A stretch of 59,252 bases of DNA, filler included. It is 3 parts of 3 records of this genome, joined end to end, with 100 filler letters (N's around TTAATTAATTAA, not from the genome) between each part and the next. Parts side by side here need not be neighbours in the genome. Positions count along the whole stretch, not along the records: positions 39,178 to 59,252 come from SRR31156797_28682; 2 more parts are not named here. One strand, 5' to 3'. Of this stretch, positions 51,901-59,252 are shown piece after piece (positions within the stretch are counted from its first letter, which is position 1; every line of letters starts with the position of its first letter). The notes under the pieces were generated by a model. The model did not search any database and was not told the DNA's origin. It saw nothing but the letters and a program-made list of their open reading frames with translations. The position numbers and the translations under genes are program-made.

Positions 51901-52425
51901 CCTGCGACTGAAATTACATCACAGCCTCAAGATGCCAATGTTAATGAAGGAGAATCGGTTAATTTTATAGTGATTGCTGATGGTGAAGATAAAGACTACG
52001 AATGGCGAAAAGATGGTGTGCTGCTGTCAAATGGAGGTAATATCTCCGGTGCTACATCTTCTGTATTGTCAATATCTGATATTTCTTCTGGTGATGAAGG
52101 AACATATGAAGTAACTGTAATTGGTCAATGCGGAACTGTGGTTAGTGATGGTGCTGTATTGTCAATAGGAACCGGATTAATGGATACTTATGGAAACCAG
52201 ATTAATATATACCCAAATCCTACAAAAGGTGAGTTAAATATCTCCTTTGATGACCGAATGGCTGAAAAATATAATGTTTATGATCTTACAGGTAGATTAA
52301 TTCAATCGGGTTTAATTGAGAGTAAAAATCATAAAGTGGTGTTGTTCAATGAGAATAAGGGTATCTATATGATTGAGCTCTTATTTTCTGATCAGGCAAT
52401 TCGTACAAAAATAATTTTGGAGTAG
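48976..52425 (+). CDS. T9SS-secreted S8 (subtilisin-like) serine protease with cleaved-adhesin-like, FN3 and Ig modules
   Basis: Signal peptide, catalytic triad motifs WDGG, HATHVAGT and SGTSMSSP, an NDDWLISP adhesin-like domain, and a C-terminal IYPNP...KIILE sorting domain. Confidence 0.92.
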   Translation: MRLRIILFFVLLFFVTQIIVAQTKATKEAILKATNVERLLETSKSLKAEREANRARALEMADEKGWIIRKETDKMIMELQGVTEDGRPMYYVTHNADAAESISTDDVNPGGAAGLNLDGTGMIVGEWDGGDVRATHQEFNNTGSSRVIDKDGNGTLSSHATHVAGTIVAGGVVSSAKGMAPNATLHAYDWTNDESEMAAAAADGLLMSNHSYGFAAGWSWNGSSWEWVGNTSISTEEDYRFGFYGFYCVEIDEIALDAPYYLIVKSAGNDRGDGEGEPGHPMDGGADGFDCISYKGNAKNILTVGATMDVNGGYTGDPNDVQMSSFSSWGPADDGRIKPDISANGVTLYSSEEASDNDYGSKSGTSMSSPSVTGSMTLLQQHYQELYGAVMKAATLKALVIHTADEAGPNDGPDYMFGWGLMNTRTAAEVISGKGQSTYINEEILSDGGTYTLEVTASGNAPLVATIVWADPAGTPAPAQLDPTDIMLVNDLDMNITDGSTTYFPWMLDGQNPANAATTGDNNVDNVEKVFIANPTAGSYTITIDHDGSITDGPQAFSLIVSGVEAGQFTSPTNLEASVTGTTVDLIWTKPIEVTPSSDLLDDGFESYTDFSLDFAPWTQVDNDGGETWGSDSFDFTNEGYTGSFIVFNPNSTNPPNPTGWDAHSGNKYAACFNAVTASAPNDDWLISPQLTIDGSYTLSFWAKSITDQYGLERMKVGISTTGNSTGDFSIVSTGSYEEVPTAWTQYTYDLSGYDGEDIYFAINCVSNDAFALFIDDVLVTDAKGNIVYGNSFEDDDIKVVAQRDKVEWNRDENTVFKSLTGPASTKATLSGYKIYRTGVSDAVYTINSLEDTTYTDSNLEPGNYSYYVKATYTAPNGESAASNTENITIEFPPVASAQVTLSCSEDDGDVKVLSNRSGTQTFYLMDDDGNELDSWTGNATSYTFTSLNNGLYRGQVEKDGAMSNLSGSVTVYTLPATEITSQPQDANVNEGESVNFIVIADGEDKDYEWRKDGVLLSNGGNISGATSSVLSISDISSGDEGTYEVTVIGQCGTVVSDGAVLSIGTGLMDTYGNQINIYPNPTKGELNISFDDRMAEKYNVYDLTGRLIQSGLIESKNHKVVLFNENKGIYMIELLFSDQAIRTKIILE

Positions 52426-52446
52426 ATTTAATTAATCTCACATATG

Positions 52447-52477
52447 AAGGTTGCTACACAAGTAGTAACCTTTTTTT
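52447..52477 (+). terminator. intrinsic terminator after the first protease
   Basis: AAGGTTGCTAC-ACAA-GTAGTAACCTT followed by a T tract. Confidence 0.8.
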
Positions 52478-52703
52478 GTCAATTAAAGTTTATAAAATAG
52501 AAAAATAAGTTTTCTCGCAAGCGTTTGAAATAAAGAATGTTGACTAAAGGTGAGTTTGATTTAACAAAACAAATTGATCATCATCGATTTATTCGTCAAA
52601 CACTTTTTCTTTTCAATATATTTTTTAGTAGTTTTCGGGCCACTAAATTACCCTTATAGCTACCCAATGTTAGAAATTGTCAGTCTTACTAAAACCAACA
52701 AAA

Positions 52704-55700
52704 ATGAGGAAACTACTTACATTACTATTTGCTTTTGTAGCACTTAATGTCAGTGCTCAAACAAAAGAAGCAAAAGAAAAAATTATTCAACAAACCAATG
52801 TTGAATTTCTGCAAGGATTTGCAAAAGAAGCAAAAATCCGTTTTGAATCGAATAAACAAAAAGCTTTAGAACTAGCCAAAGAAAAAGGATGGGTTATCCG
52901 TGAAGATAGAGACGGTAAGCTTATTGAATTAATCAGCGTAACAGATAAGGGCGATCCTATTTATTATGAAACCTATAATGTTGATGCTGCTAATTCAACA
53001 AGAGCAAATACATTACATAATGGAGGCTCTCTTGGTTTAAATATTGAAGGACAGGGAATGACTGCTCATGTGTGGGATGGTGGCTTGGCCAGATCTACTC
53101 ACCAGGAATATGATGGAGCAGGAGGTACAGACCGTTTTTCTATTGGAGACGGTACTTCTACTTTGCATTATCATGCTGCACACGTTACCGGAACTATTAT
53201 GGCTTCCGGTGTTGATGCGGATGCGAAAGGCATGGCGCCACAATCATATGTTATTGGCTACGATTGGAGTAACGATGTGTCTGAAGCTACAACAGCCGCT
53301 GCAGGTGGTATGTTAGTTTCAAATCACTCTTATGGTTATGGTGCTGATGCTATTCCTGACGCATGGTTCGGGCAATACGGCTCAGATGCTGTAGATTGGG
53401 ATGGTCTTATGTACAATGCACCATATTACTTAATGCTTGTTGCAGCCGGGAATGATGGAAATGATGAAACATCAAATGCTGCTCCATTAGATGGAAATGC
53501 TGCTTATGATAAGCTAAATGGACATGCTACTTCAAAAAATAACTTGGTTGTTGCTAACGCTCAAGATGCAGTAATTGAGGGAGGAGAGCTGGTTTCTGTA
53601 TTAATTAATACGGGAAGTAGTGAAGGTCCTACAGACGATTATCGCATTAAACCTGATATTGCAGGAAACGGTACTCAATTATATTCTACATATGAGTCTG
53701 CTGATGATGCATATAATTCAATTTCAGGTACATCGATGGCCACTCCAAACGTAACTGGAACATTGTTGCTTTTACAACAACATTATAATGATCTGAATGC
53801 AACGTTTATGAGAGCTGCAACCTTGAAAGGTTTAGCGCTTCACACAGCTGATGATGCCGGAGCATCTGGTCCTGATGCTGTTTTTGGCTGGGGATTAATG
53901 AATGGTAAAGCTGCTGCTGATGCTATTACAAATAATGGTTTAGAATCAATTATCGAAGAAAGAACGCTTGCAAACGGAGGTTCATACTCATTTGACGTTG
54001 TGGCAAACGGAATTGATGATTTGGTTGCTTCAATTTCATGGACTGATCCAGCAGGTACTGTAAATTCAGGAACAAATAGTTCTACACCTGCCTTGGTAAA
54101 TGATTTAGATATTAGAATAACTAAGAGTGCAACAACCTATTATCCATGGAAACTAACGGGTGTTGATTCAAATACAGAAGGAGATAATACCGTTGATCCT
54201 TACGAAAAAATTATTATAGATAATGCTGTTTGTGGCGATACGTACACTATTACAATTAACCATAAAGGAACTTTATCAGCTTCACAAGATTATTCTATTA
54301 TTGTTACTGGAATTAAAGAAGCATCTGTAGATGCTGGTATTGTTGATGTTAGCCCTTCTGTAACTTCTTGTGAGTATTCAAATAATACACCTATTGAGAT
54401 TACTATTGCCAATCAAGGTGGCTCTGCACTAAGTAATATTGATGTGGCTTATGAAATCAGAAAAGCGGATAATTCTCTGGTTGGAAATGGAACATATACC
54501 ATTGCGTCTATTGCAGCTTGTAGTTCAGATGTAACTACGGTATATGGTGATATGTCAGAAAATGGTGAAACCTATAATGTAAGTGTTTCAATTGTATTGG
54601 CCGGAGATGAAAATAGTGCAAATAATAACTATATGGGTTCATTCATGCCAATGAATGTGGATTTAACAGTTCCTGGTTCAGAATACTCAACAAGCTTCGA
54701 AGCTGGTAGTTTAGCAGAATTAGGCTGGAGCTATGAGGATGTGAATGGAGATGGAGGCCAAGCTGTTTGGTATATATATGATGATGCCGGATTTGCTAAT
54801 ACAGGGTCCGGATTTGCTATTATGTTTGCAGGAGCAGGTGATGCTCAATCAGACGATTGGATGTATTCTCCATGTTTGTATTTAAAAGCCGGGCAAACCT
54901 ATGAAGTGACTTATTATAGTCGACAAATACAAGATAAAAATGAAAGCATAGGATTATATCTTGGGACTTCTGCAAGTGCTGCAGCAATGACTACTACAAT
55001 AGAGGCTGCTTATGAACCTGGTACTGCCTGGGGACAAAGAACGCCTGGTTCATTTACCGTACCTAGTGATGGTGTCTACTATTTAGGTTGGCATGCATAC
55101 AATATGACAGATTCATATGCGCCTGCAATTGATGATGTTACAATTACTAATACCTCAACTGCAACTTTACCACAGGTTACTACAAGTGAAGTAACAAATA
55201 TTGGAGCAACTAGTGCCGATGGTGGTGGAAATGTTACCGATGGAGGTAGTAGTGACGTAACTGAAAGAGGTATAGTGTATAGCTCATCAATTAATCCTAC
55301 TACAAGTGATAATAAAGTAACTGCTGGAACTGCTGGTACAGGGACATATAGTGGATTAACTATGAGTTCATTAACTCCAGGAACCACTTATTATGTTAGA
55401 GCCTATGCGATAAATAGTTCTGGTACGACTTATGGTGACAATGAGAGCTTTACAACTCTGTCTGCCATGAATTTTGTGTCTGCAACAACAGTGCAAAATA
55501 ATTCATATGTTGTAGATCAAGGTTCAACTGATCAAGATATTCTTGAGATTCAAATTGAGATGGATGGAGCTTTAAGTCCATTTAGCGCAACCTCTTTTAC
55601 ATTCAGTACGAATGGATCGACAAATGCAAGTGGAGATATCACTTCTGCTAAATTGTATTATTCAGGTACAAATGGAACATTTTCTACAGCAACACAATTT

Positions 55701-58700
55701 GGTGGAGCACAAAGTAATCCGAACGGTTCATTTACTATTACCGGAACACAGGAATTAGTGGATGGTACCAATTACTTCTGGTTAGCTTATGATATTAGTG
55801 CAAGCGCTGGAGATGGTAACGCTATTGATGCTGAATGTAGTTCAATTACAGTTGGTTCAGTCAGAACACCGGATGTAACAGCACCTGCAGGAAACCGTAT
55901 GGTTTATGTAGATCCATGCGCAACACCGGTTGCTGCATTCCCATATGCAAATGATTTTGCAGGTAATACCTTACCTGATTGTTGGGATAATATTGACAAT
56001 GATGGAGGTGGTCAGGTTTGGCAATTTAACAATCCTGGAGGTAGAACATTTAATTCTACTACCAACGCCAACGGTTTTGCTATTTTGGATAGTGATAATT
56101 ATGGAAACGGAGGTAGTCAGAATGCTGACTTGATTAGTCCTACATATAACCTAAGCAATTATACATCAATTACTTTATCATTTGAGCATTATTTCAGGTA
56201 TTATGATAACGCAGTTGCTACATTGCATTATAGTGTTGATAATGGAAGTACCTGGACCCAGATTGATTCCTGGACTGGTGCAAATGAAGGAACTGAAACA
56301 AATCCAGCAATTTTTTCACAGGATTTAACAAATGAGCTTGAGGGTGAAGCAAATGTGAAGTTCAAATGGGGTTATACCGGAAGTTGGGATTGGTATTGGG
56401 CAATTGACGATATTGAGATAGATGCTACACTGGCAGGAACACCTTATACTGTAACTTTCGATGTAACTGATGCGGGAGATAGTCATCCAATTGATGGTGC
56501 AAGTATCTCTATTAACAGCACTACATTAACTACTGATATAAATGGTGAAGCTACCATTGATTTAATAGATGGAAGCTATCCTTACACAGTTTCCAAAACT
56601 GGTTATGATAATGAAATTGGAACAGTCATCGTTTCAGGCTCAGCTGTTTCGGAAAGTGTTTCATTATCAGAGAGTACATATACTTTAACTTTTGTAGTTG
56701 AAGATGAAAATAGTCAGGCTGTTGAAAATGCATCTATTGAAGTAAATAGCACAACCATTACAACAGATGTTAACGGTGAAGCTACAATTGATCTGGTTGA
56801 TGGAACATATGCCTATACTGTTTCAAAAACTGGTTTCAATGATGCTACAGGTTCAGTCACAATTGCAGGAACGAGCTTAACAGAAAACGTAACGCTTACC
56901 TTACCAGCTTATACAGTAACTTTTACTGTTACAGATGCGGGTGATAGTCATGCTTTAGATGGAGCTAGTATAGCAATTAATAGCACAACCTTAACAACTG
57001 ATCTTAATGGGCAGGCTACTATAGATTTAGTAGATGGAACTTATGCTTATTCCGTAACAAGAGCTGGTTATGATGAGGCTTCTGGTTCTGTTACTGTATC
57101 AGGAGCAGCTATTGCTGAAAACGTTTTAATGAATGAATCTACATATACATTAACTTTTATAGTAGTGGATGAATCTAGTTCGCCAGTTGAAAATGCTAGT
57201 GTTGATATTAACAGTTCAACACTTTCAACAGATGTGAATGGTGAGGCAACAATTGATTTAACAAATGGAACATATAGTTATGCTGTTTCCAAAGCAGGTT
57301 TTGCTGAAGCAAGTGGTTCAGTTACTATTTCCGGCTCAACAGTTACTGAAAATGTAACATTAACTGTTCCTACTTATACTGTAACATTTAATGTAACTGA
57401 TGCAGGAGATAGCCATGCCATTGATGGAGCTGGTATTTCAATTAACAGTCAAACACTAACAACCAATTCAAGTGGACAGGCAACTATTGATTTAGCTGAT
57501 GGTACATATGCTTACTCAGCGAATATGGCAGGATACATTGAAGCAACCGGATCGGTAACTTTAAGTGGTGCTGATGTTGCTGAAGATGTAGCTCTTACTG
57601 CTATTCCCCCTGTTACATTTGATGTGACTGTAAATCAGGATGTAACTTGTAATGGTGGTTCAGATGGTGAAATTGAGTTTTCAAATGCAACCGGAGGTTC
57701 TGGTTCGGGATATGAATATTCTATTGACGGTGGAATTACATGGCAATCATCTGCTGTATTCTCAGGATTAAGTGCAAGTTCATACGTTGCCCAGGTAAAA
57801 GATGGCGAAGGTATGATGAGTGATACTGAATCTGTAACGATTTCAGAACCTGATGCTATTGTTTTTGATGTAAATATTACAGACGTTTCAACTTATGGTG
57901 GTAGTGATGGAGCTATCGAAATTGCAAACGCTAATGGAGGAACCGGGCAATACGAATATTCAATGGATGAAGGTTCAACATGGCAGGCTGGCAATACTTT
58001 CTCTGGCTTATCTGCAGGATCTTATATGATTCAAGTAAGAGATGCTAACCTATGCGTTAGCGCTGTGTCAGAAGAAACAGTAAATCAACCGGCGCCTCCT
58101 GCATATACAATAACATTCAATGTAACAGATGCTGATGACTCACATGCTATTGATGGTGCAGGGATTGATATAAATAGCACAACAATTACTACGGATGCTT
58201 CAGGTATTGCTATCATTGATTTAGAAGATGGTACTTACAGCTATACTGTGACAAAAACAAATTATGAAGAAGCATCAGGATCAATTACTGTGTCTGGTGC
58301 AGCCGCCACTGTAGATGTGGAAATGAATCCAATTGTACCTATTACATTTGATTATGATATTAGTAATATTACTTGTAATGGCGCAGCCGATGGAAGTATT
58401 GCAATTACAAATGTGCAAGGTGGAATAGGAAGTGATTATCAATTTAGTATAGATAATGGAACTACCTGGCAAACTTCTCCTGTGTTTACAGGATTAGGAG
58501 CAAATACTTACTCATTAGTTGTTCAGGATAGTGAATCCAACATGAGTGATATGCAGTCAGCTACCATAACCGAACCTACAGCTGTTGTGTTGGGTACAAT
58601 AGATGTAACCAATGTATCAACGTTTGGCGGTAATGATGGCGTAATTACCATGGCAAATGTTAGTGGTGGAATTTCTCCATATGAGTACAGTATTGACGGA

Positions 58701-59252
58701 GGTGCAACATGGCAAACTTCAAATTCGTTTACAGAATTGTATGCCGGAAGTTACACTGCTGTGGTAGCTGACGCCGCAAGTTGCTTGTCTGACACGGAGA
58801 ATATAACAATTACACAACCTGCTGAAGATTCATATACCGTTACATTTACTGTTTACGAAGGTGACCATGTAATCGAAGGTGCAACAATTAATATTGATAA
58901 CGAAACGATAGTGTCTAATATAGATGGCTTTGCCACAATTGATCTTGTAAATGGAACATATAGTTATACTGCAAACTTGAGCGGATATTCTGATATTACA
59001 GGTGAGGTTATTGTGAACGATGCTGATGTAAATGAAACTATAAGTTTTGTTGGAATTGGGGAACTTTCAGCCAATCAAGTAAATATCTATCCTAACCCAT
59101 CAAATGGTGTTATAAATGTTGAATTGGAAGGTGAATACACGGTAACTTTAATTAACAGTATTGGTAATGTAATTCAAACACAAGAGATGAAGTCTGCTGG
59201 TGTTTTTGAAGCTCCAAATGCAGCAAACGGATTATATCTATTACGTATTGAA
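52704..59252 (+). CDS. giant T9SS-secreted S8 serine protease (>2183 aa; runs off the window; not in the ORF track)
   Basis: ATG at 52704 (MRKLLTLLFAFVALNVSAQ). Triad motifs WDGG, HAAHVTGT and SGTSMATP. Every repeat start I checked, and the final IYPNPSNG...GLYLLRIE sorting domain, are in the same frame. Confidence 0.9.
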   Translation, partial: MRKLLTLLFAFVALNVSAQTKEAKEKIIQQTNVEFLQGFAKEAKIRFESNKQKALELAKEKGWVIREDRDGKLIELISVTDKGDPIYYETYNVDAANSTRANTLHNGGSLGLNIEGQGMTAHVWDGGLARSTHQEYDGAGGTDRFSIGDGTSTLHYHAAHVTGTIMASGVDADAKGMAPQSYVIGYDWSNDVSEATTAAAGGMLVSNHSYGYGADAIPDAWFGQYGSDAVDWDGLMYNAPYYLMLVAAGNDGNDETSNAAPLDGNAAYDKLNGHATSKNNLVVANAQDAVIEGGELVSVLINTGSSEGPTDDYRIKPDIAGNGTQLYSTYESADDAYNSISGTSMATPNVTGTLLLLQQHYNDLNATFMRAATLKGLALHTADDAGASGPDAVFGWGLMNGKAAADAITNNGLESIIEERTLANGGSYSFDVVANGIDDLVASISWTDPAGTVNSGTNSSTPALVNDLDIRITKSATTYYPWKLTGVDSNTEGDNTVDPYEKIIIDNAVCGDTYTITINHKGTLSASQDYSIIVTGIKEASVDAGIVDVSPSVTSCEYSNNTPIEITIANQGGSALSNIDVAYEIRKADNSLVGNGTYTIASIAACSSDVTTVYGDMSENGETYNVSVSIVLAGDENSANNNYMGSFMPMNVDLTVPGSEYSTSFEAGSLAELGWSYEDVNGDGGQAVWYIYDDAGFANTGSGFAIMFAGAGDAQSDDWMYSPCLYLKAGQTYEVTYYSRQIQDKNESIGLYLGTSASAAAMTTTIEAAYEPGTAWGQRTPGSFTVPSDGVYYLGWHAYNMTDSYAPAIDDVTITNTSTATLPQVTTSEVTNIGATSADGGGNVTDGGSSDVTERGIVYSSSINPTTSDNKVTAGTAGTGTYSGLTMSSLTPGTTYYVRAYAINSSGTTYGDNESFTTLSAMNFVSATTVQNNSYVVDQGSTDQDILEIQIEMDGALSPFSATSFTFSTNGSTNASGDITSAKLYYSGTNGTFSTATQFGGAQSNPNGSFTITGTQELVDGTNYFWLAYDISASAGDGNAIDAECSSITVGSVRTPDVTAPAGNRMVYVDPCATPVAAFPYANDFAGNTLPDCWDNIDNDGGGQVWQFNNPGGRTFNSTTNANGFAILDSDNYGNGGSQNADLISPTYNLSNYTSITLSFEHYFRYYDNAVATLHYSVDNGSTWTQIDSWTGANEGTETNPAIFSQDLTNELEGEANVKFKWGYTGSWDWYWAIDDIEIDATLAGTPYTVTFDVTDAGDSHPIDGASISINSTTLTTDINGEATIDLIDGSYPYTVSKTGYDNEIGTVIVSGSAVSESVSLSESTYTLTFVVEDENSQAVENASIEVNSTTITTDVNGEATIDLVDGTYAYTVSKTGFNDATGSVTIAGTSLTENVTLTLPAYTVTFTVTDAGDSHALDGASIAINSTTLTTDLNGQATIDLVDGTYAYSVTRAGYDEASGSVTVSGAAIAENVLMNESTYTLTFIVVDESSSPVENASVDINSSTLSTDVNGEATIDLTNGTYSYAVSKAGFAEASGSVTISGSTVTENVTLTVPTYTVTFNVTDAGDSHAIDGAGISINSQTLTTNSSGQATIDLADGTYAYSANMAGYIEATGSVTLSGADVAEDVALTAIPPVTFDVTVNQDVTCNGGSDGEIEFSNATGGSGSGYEYSIDGGITWQSSAVFSGLSASSYVAQVKDGEGMMSDTESVTISEPDAIVFDVNITDVSTYGGSDGAIEIANANGGTGQYEYSMDEGSTWQAGNTFSGLSAGSYMIQVRDANLCVSAVSEETVNQPAPPAYTITFNVTDADDSHAIDGAGIDINSTTITTDASGIAIIDLEDGTYSYTVTKTNYEEASGSITVSGAAATVDVEMNPIVPITFDYDISNITCNGAADGSIAITNVQGGIGSDYQFSIDNGTTWQTSPVFTGLGANTYSLVVQDSESNMSDMQSATITEPTAVVLGTIDVTNVSTFGGNDGVITMANVSGGISPYEYSIDGGATWQTSNSFTELYAGSYTAVVADAASCLSDTENITITQPAEDSYTVTFTVYEGDHVIEGATINIDNETIVSNIDGFATIDLVNGTYSYTANLSGYSDITGEVIVNDADVNETISFVGIGELSANQVNIYPNPSNGVINVELEGEYTVTLINSIGNVIQTQEMKSAGVFEAPNAANGLYLLRIE
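56445..59060 (+). repeat. intragenic tandem domain repeats (7 beta-sandwich units and 4 SprB-like units)
   Basis: YTVTF/YTLTF/YTITF-starting units at 56445, 56679, 56910, 57144, 57375, 58104 and 58833. SprB-like units (VTCNGGSDG...YEYSIDGG.TWQ) occur in pairs between the last three. Confidence 0.85.

Noticed and set aside
52578-52605. TCATCG…TTCGTC possible regulator repeats upstream of the second protease
   Set aside because: Too short and degenerate to support without a motif search.
53037-58472. Short track ORFs within the last 6.5 kb
   Set aside because: All are alternate-frame or antisense shadows of the giant S8 protease gene.
56445-59060. Long repeats as a CRISPR array or DGR template/variable pair
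   Set aside because: They are in-frame coding domain repeats with general divergence. No cas or reverse transcriptase gene is present.

Overview
This window is not one locus. It is three unrelated contigs joined by artificial 100-nt linkers (44 N + TTAATTAATTAA + 44 N) at 21845-21944 and 39078-39177. Contig 1 (1-21844) looks like a Desulfovibrionaceae sulfate reducer. It carries a lipoprotein adenosine deaminase, the tmcDCBA complex, an ADP-forming acyl-CoA ligase with a DRTGG (Pta N-terminal) partner, a degenerate HD-GYP protein plus MFS transporter, an RND efflux operon divergent from an OmpR-family two-component system, a GNAT and a methyltransferase. Contig 2 (21945-39077) looks like a Desulfobacterales-type deltaproteobacterium. 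It carries a tRNA 3' end with decayed genes, tex, nadB, qrcABCD plus an unlisted 54-aa membrane ORF, rpsU, rlmD, recN, a response regulator and a partial dnaJ. Contig 3 (39178-59252) is AT-rich Bacteroidota. It carries groES-groEL (partial), a secreted CpcT/CpeT-family protein, a PAS kinase, parE-[DEDDh exonuclease]-parC-aroK, and two tandem T9SS-secreted S8 proteases; the second (>2183 aa) is missing from the ORF track. I found no CRISPR array, transposase or prophage, and no unambiguous new multi-gene system. The best leads are a candidate fifth Qrc subunit, a QrcB that keeps its FS0 cysteines, two candidate sRNAs, a secreted bilin-lyase homolog, an exonuclease inside the topo IV operon, and the nested repeat structure of the giant protease. 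Taxonomy and family calls come from motif recognition by eye; no searches were run.
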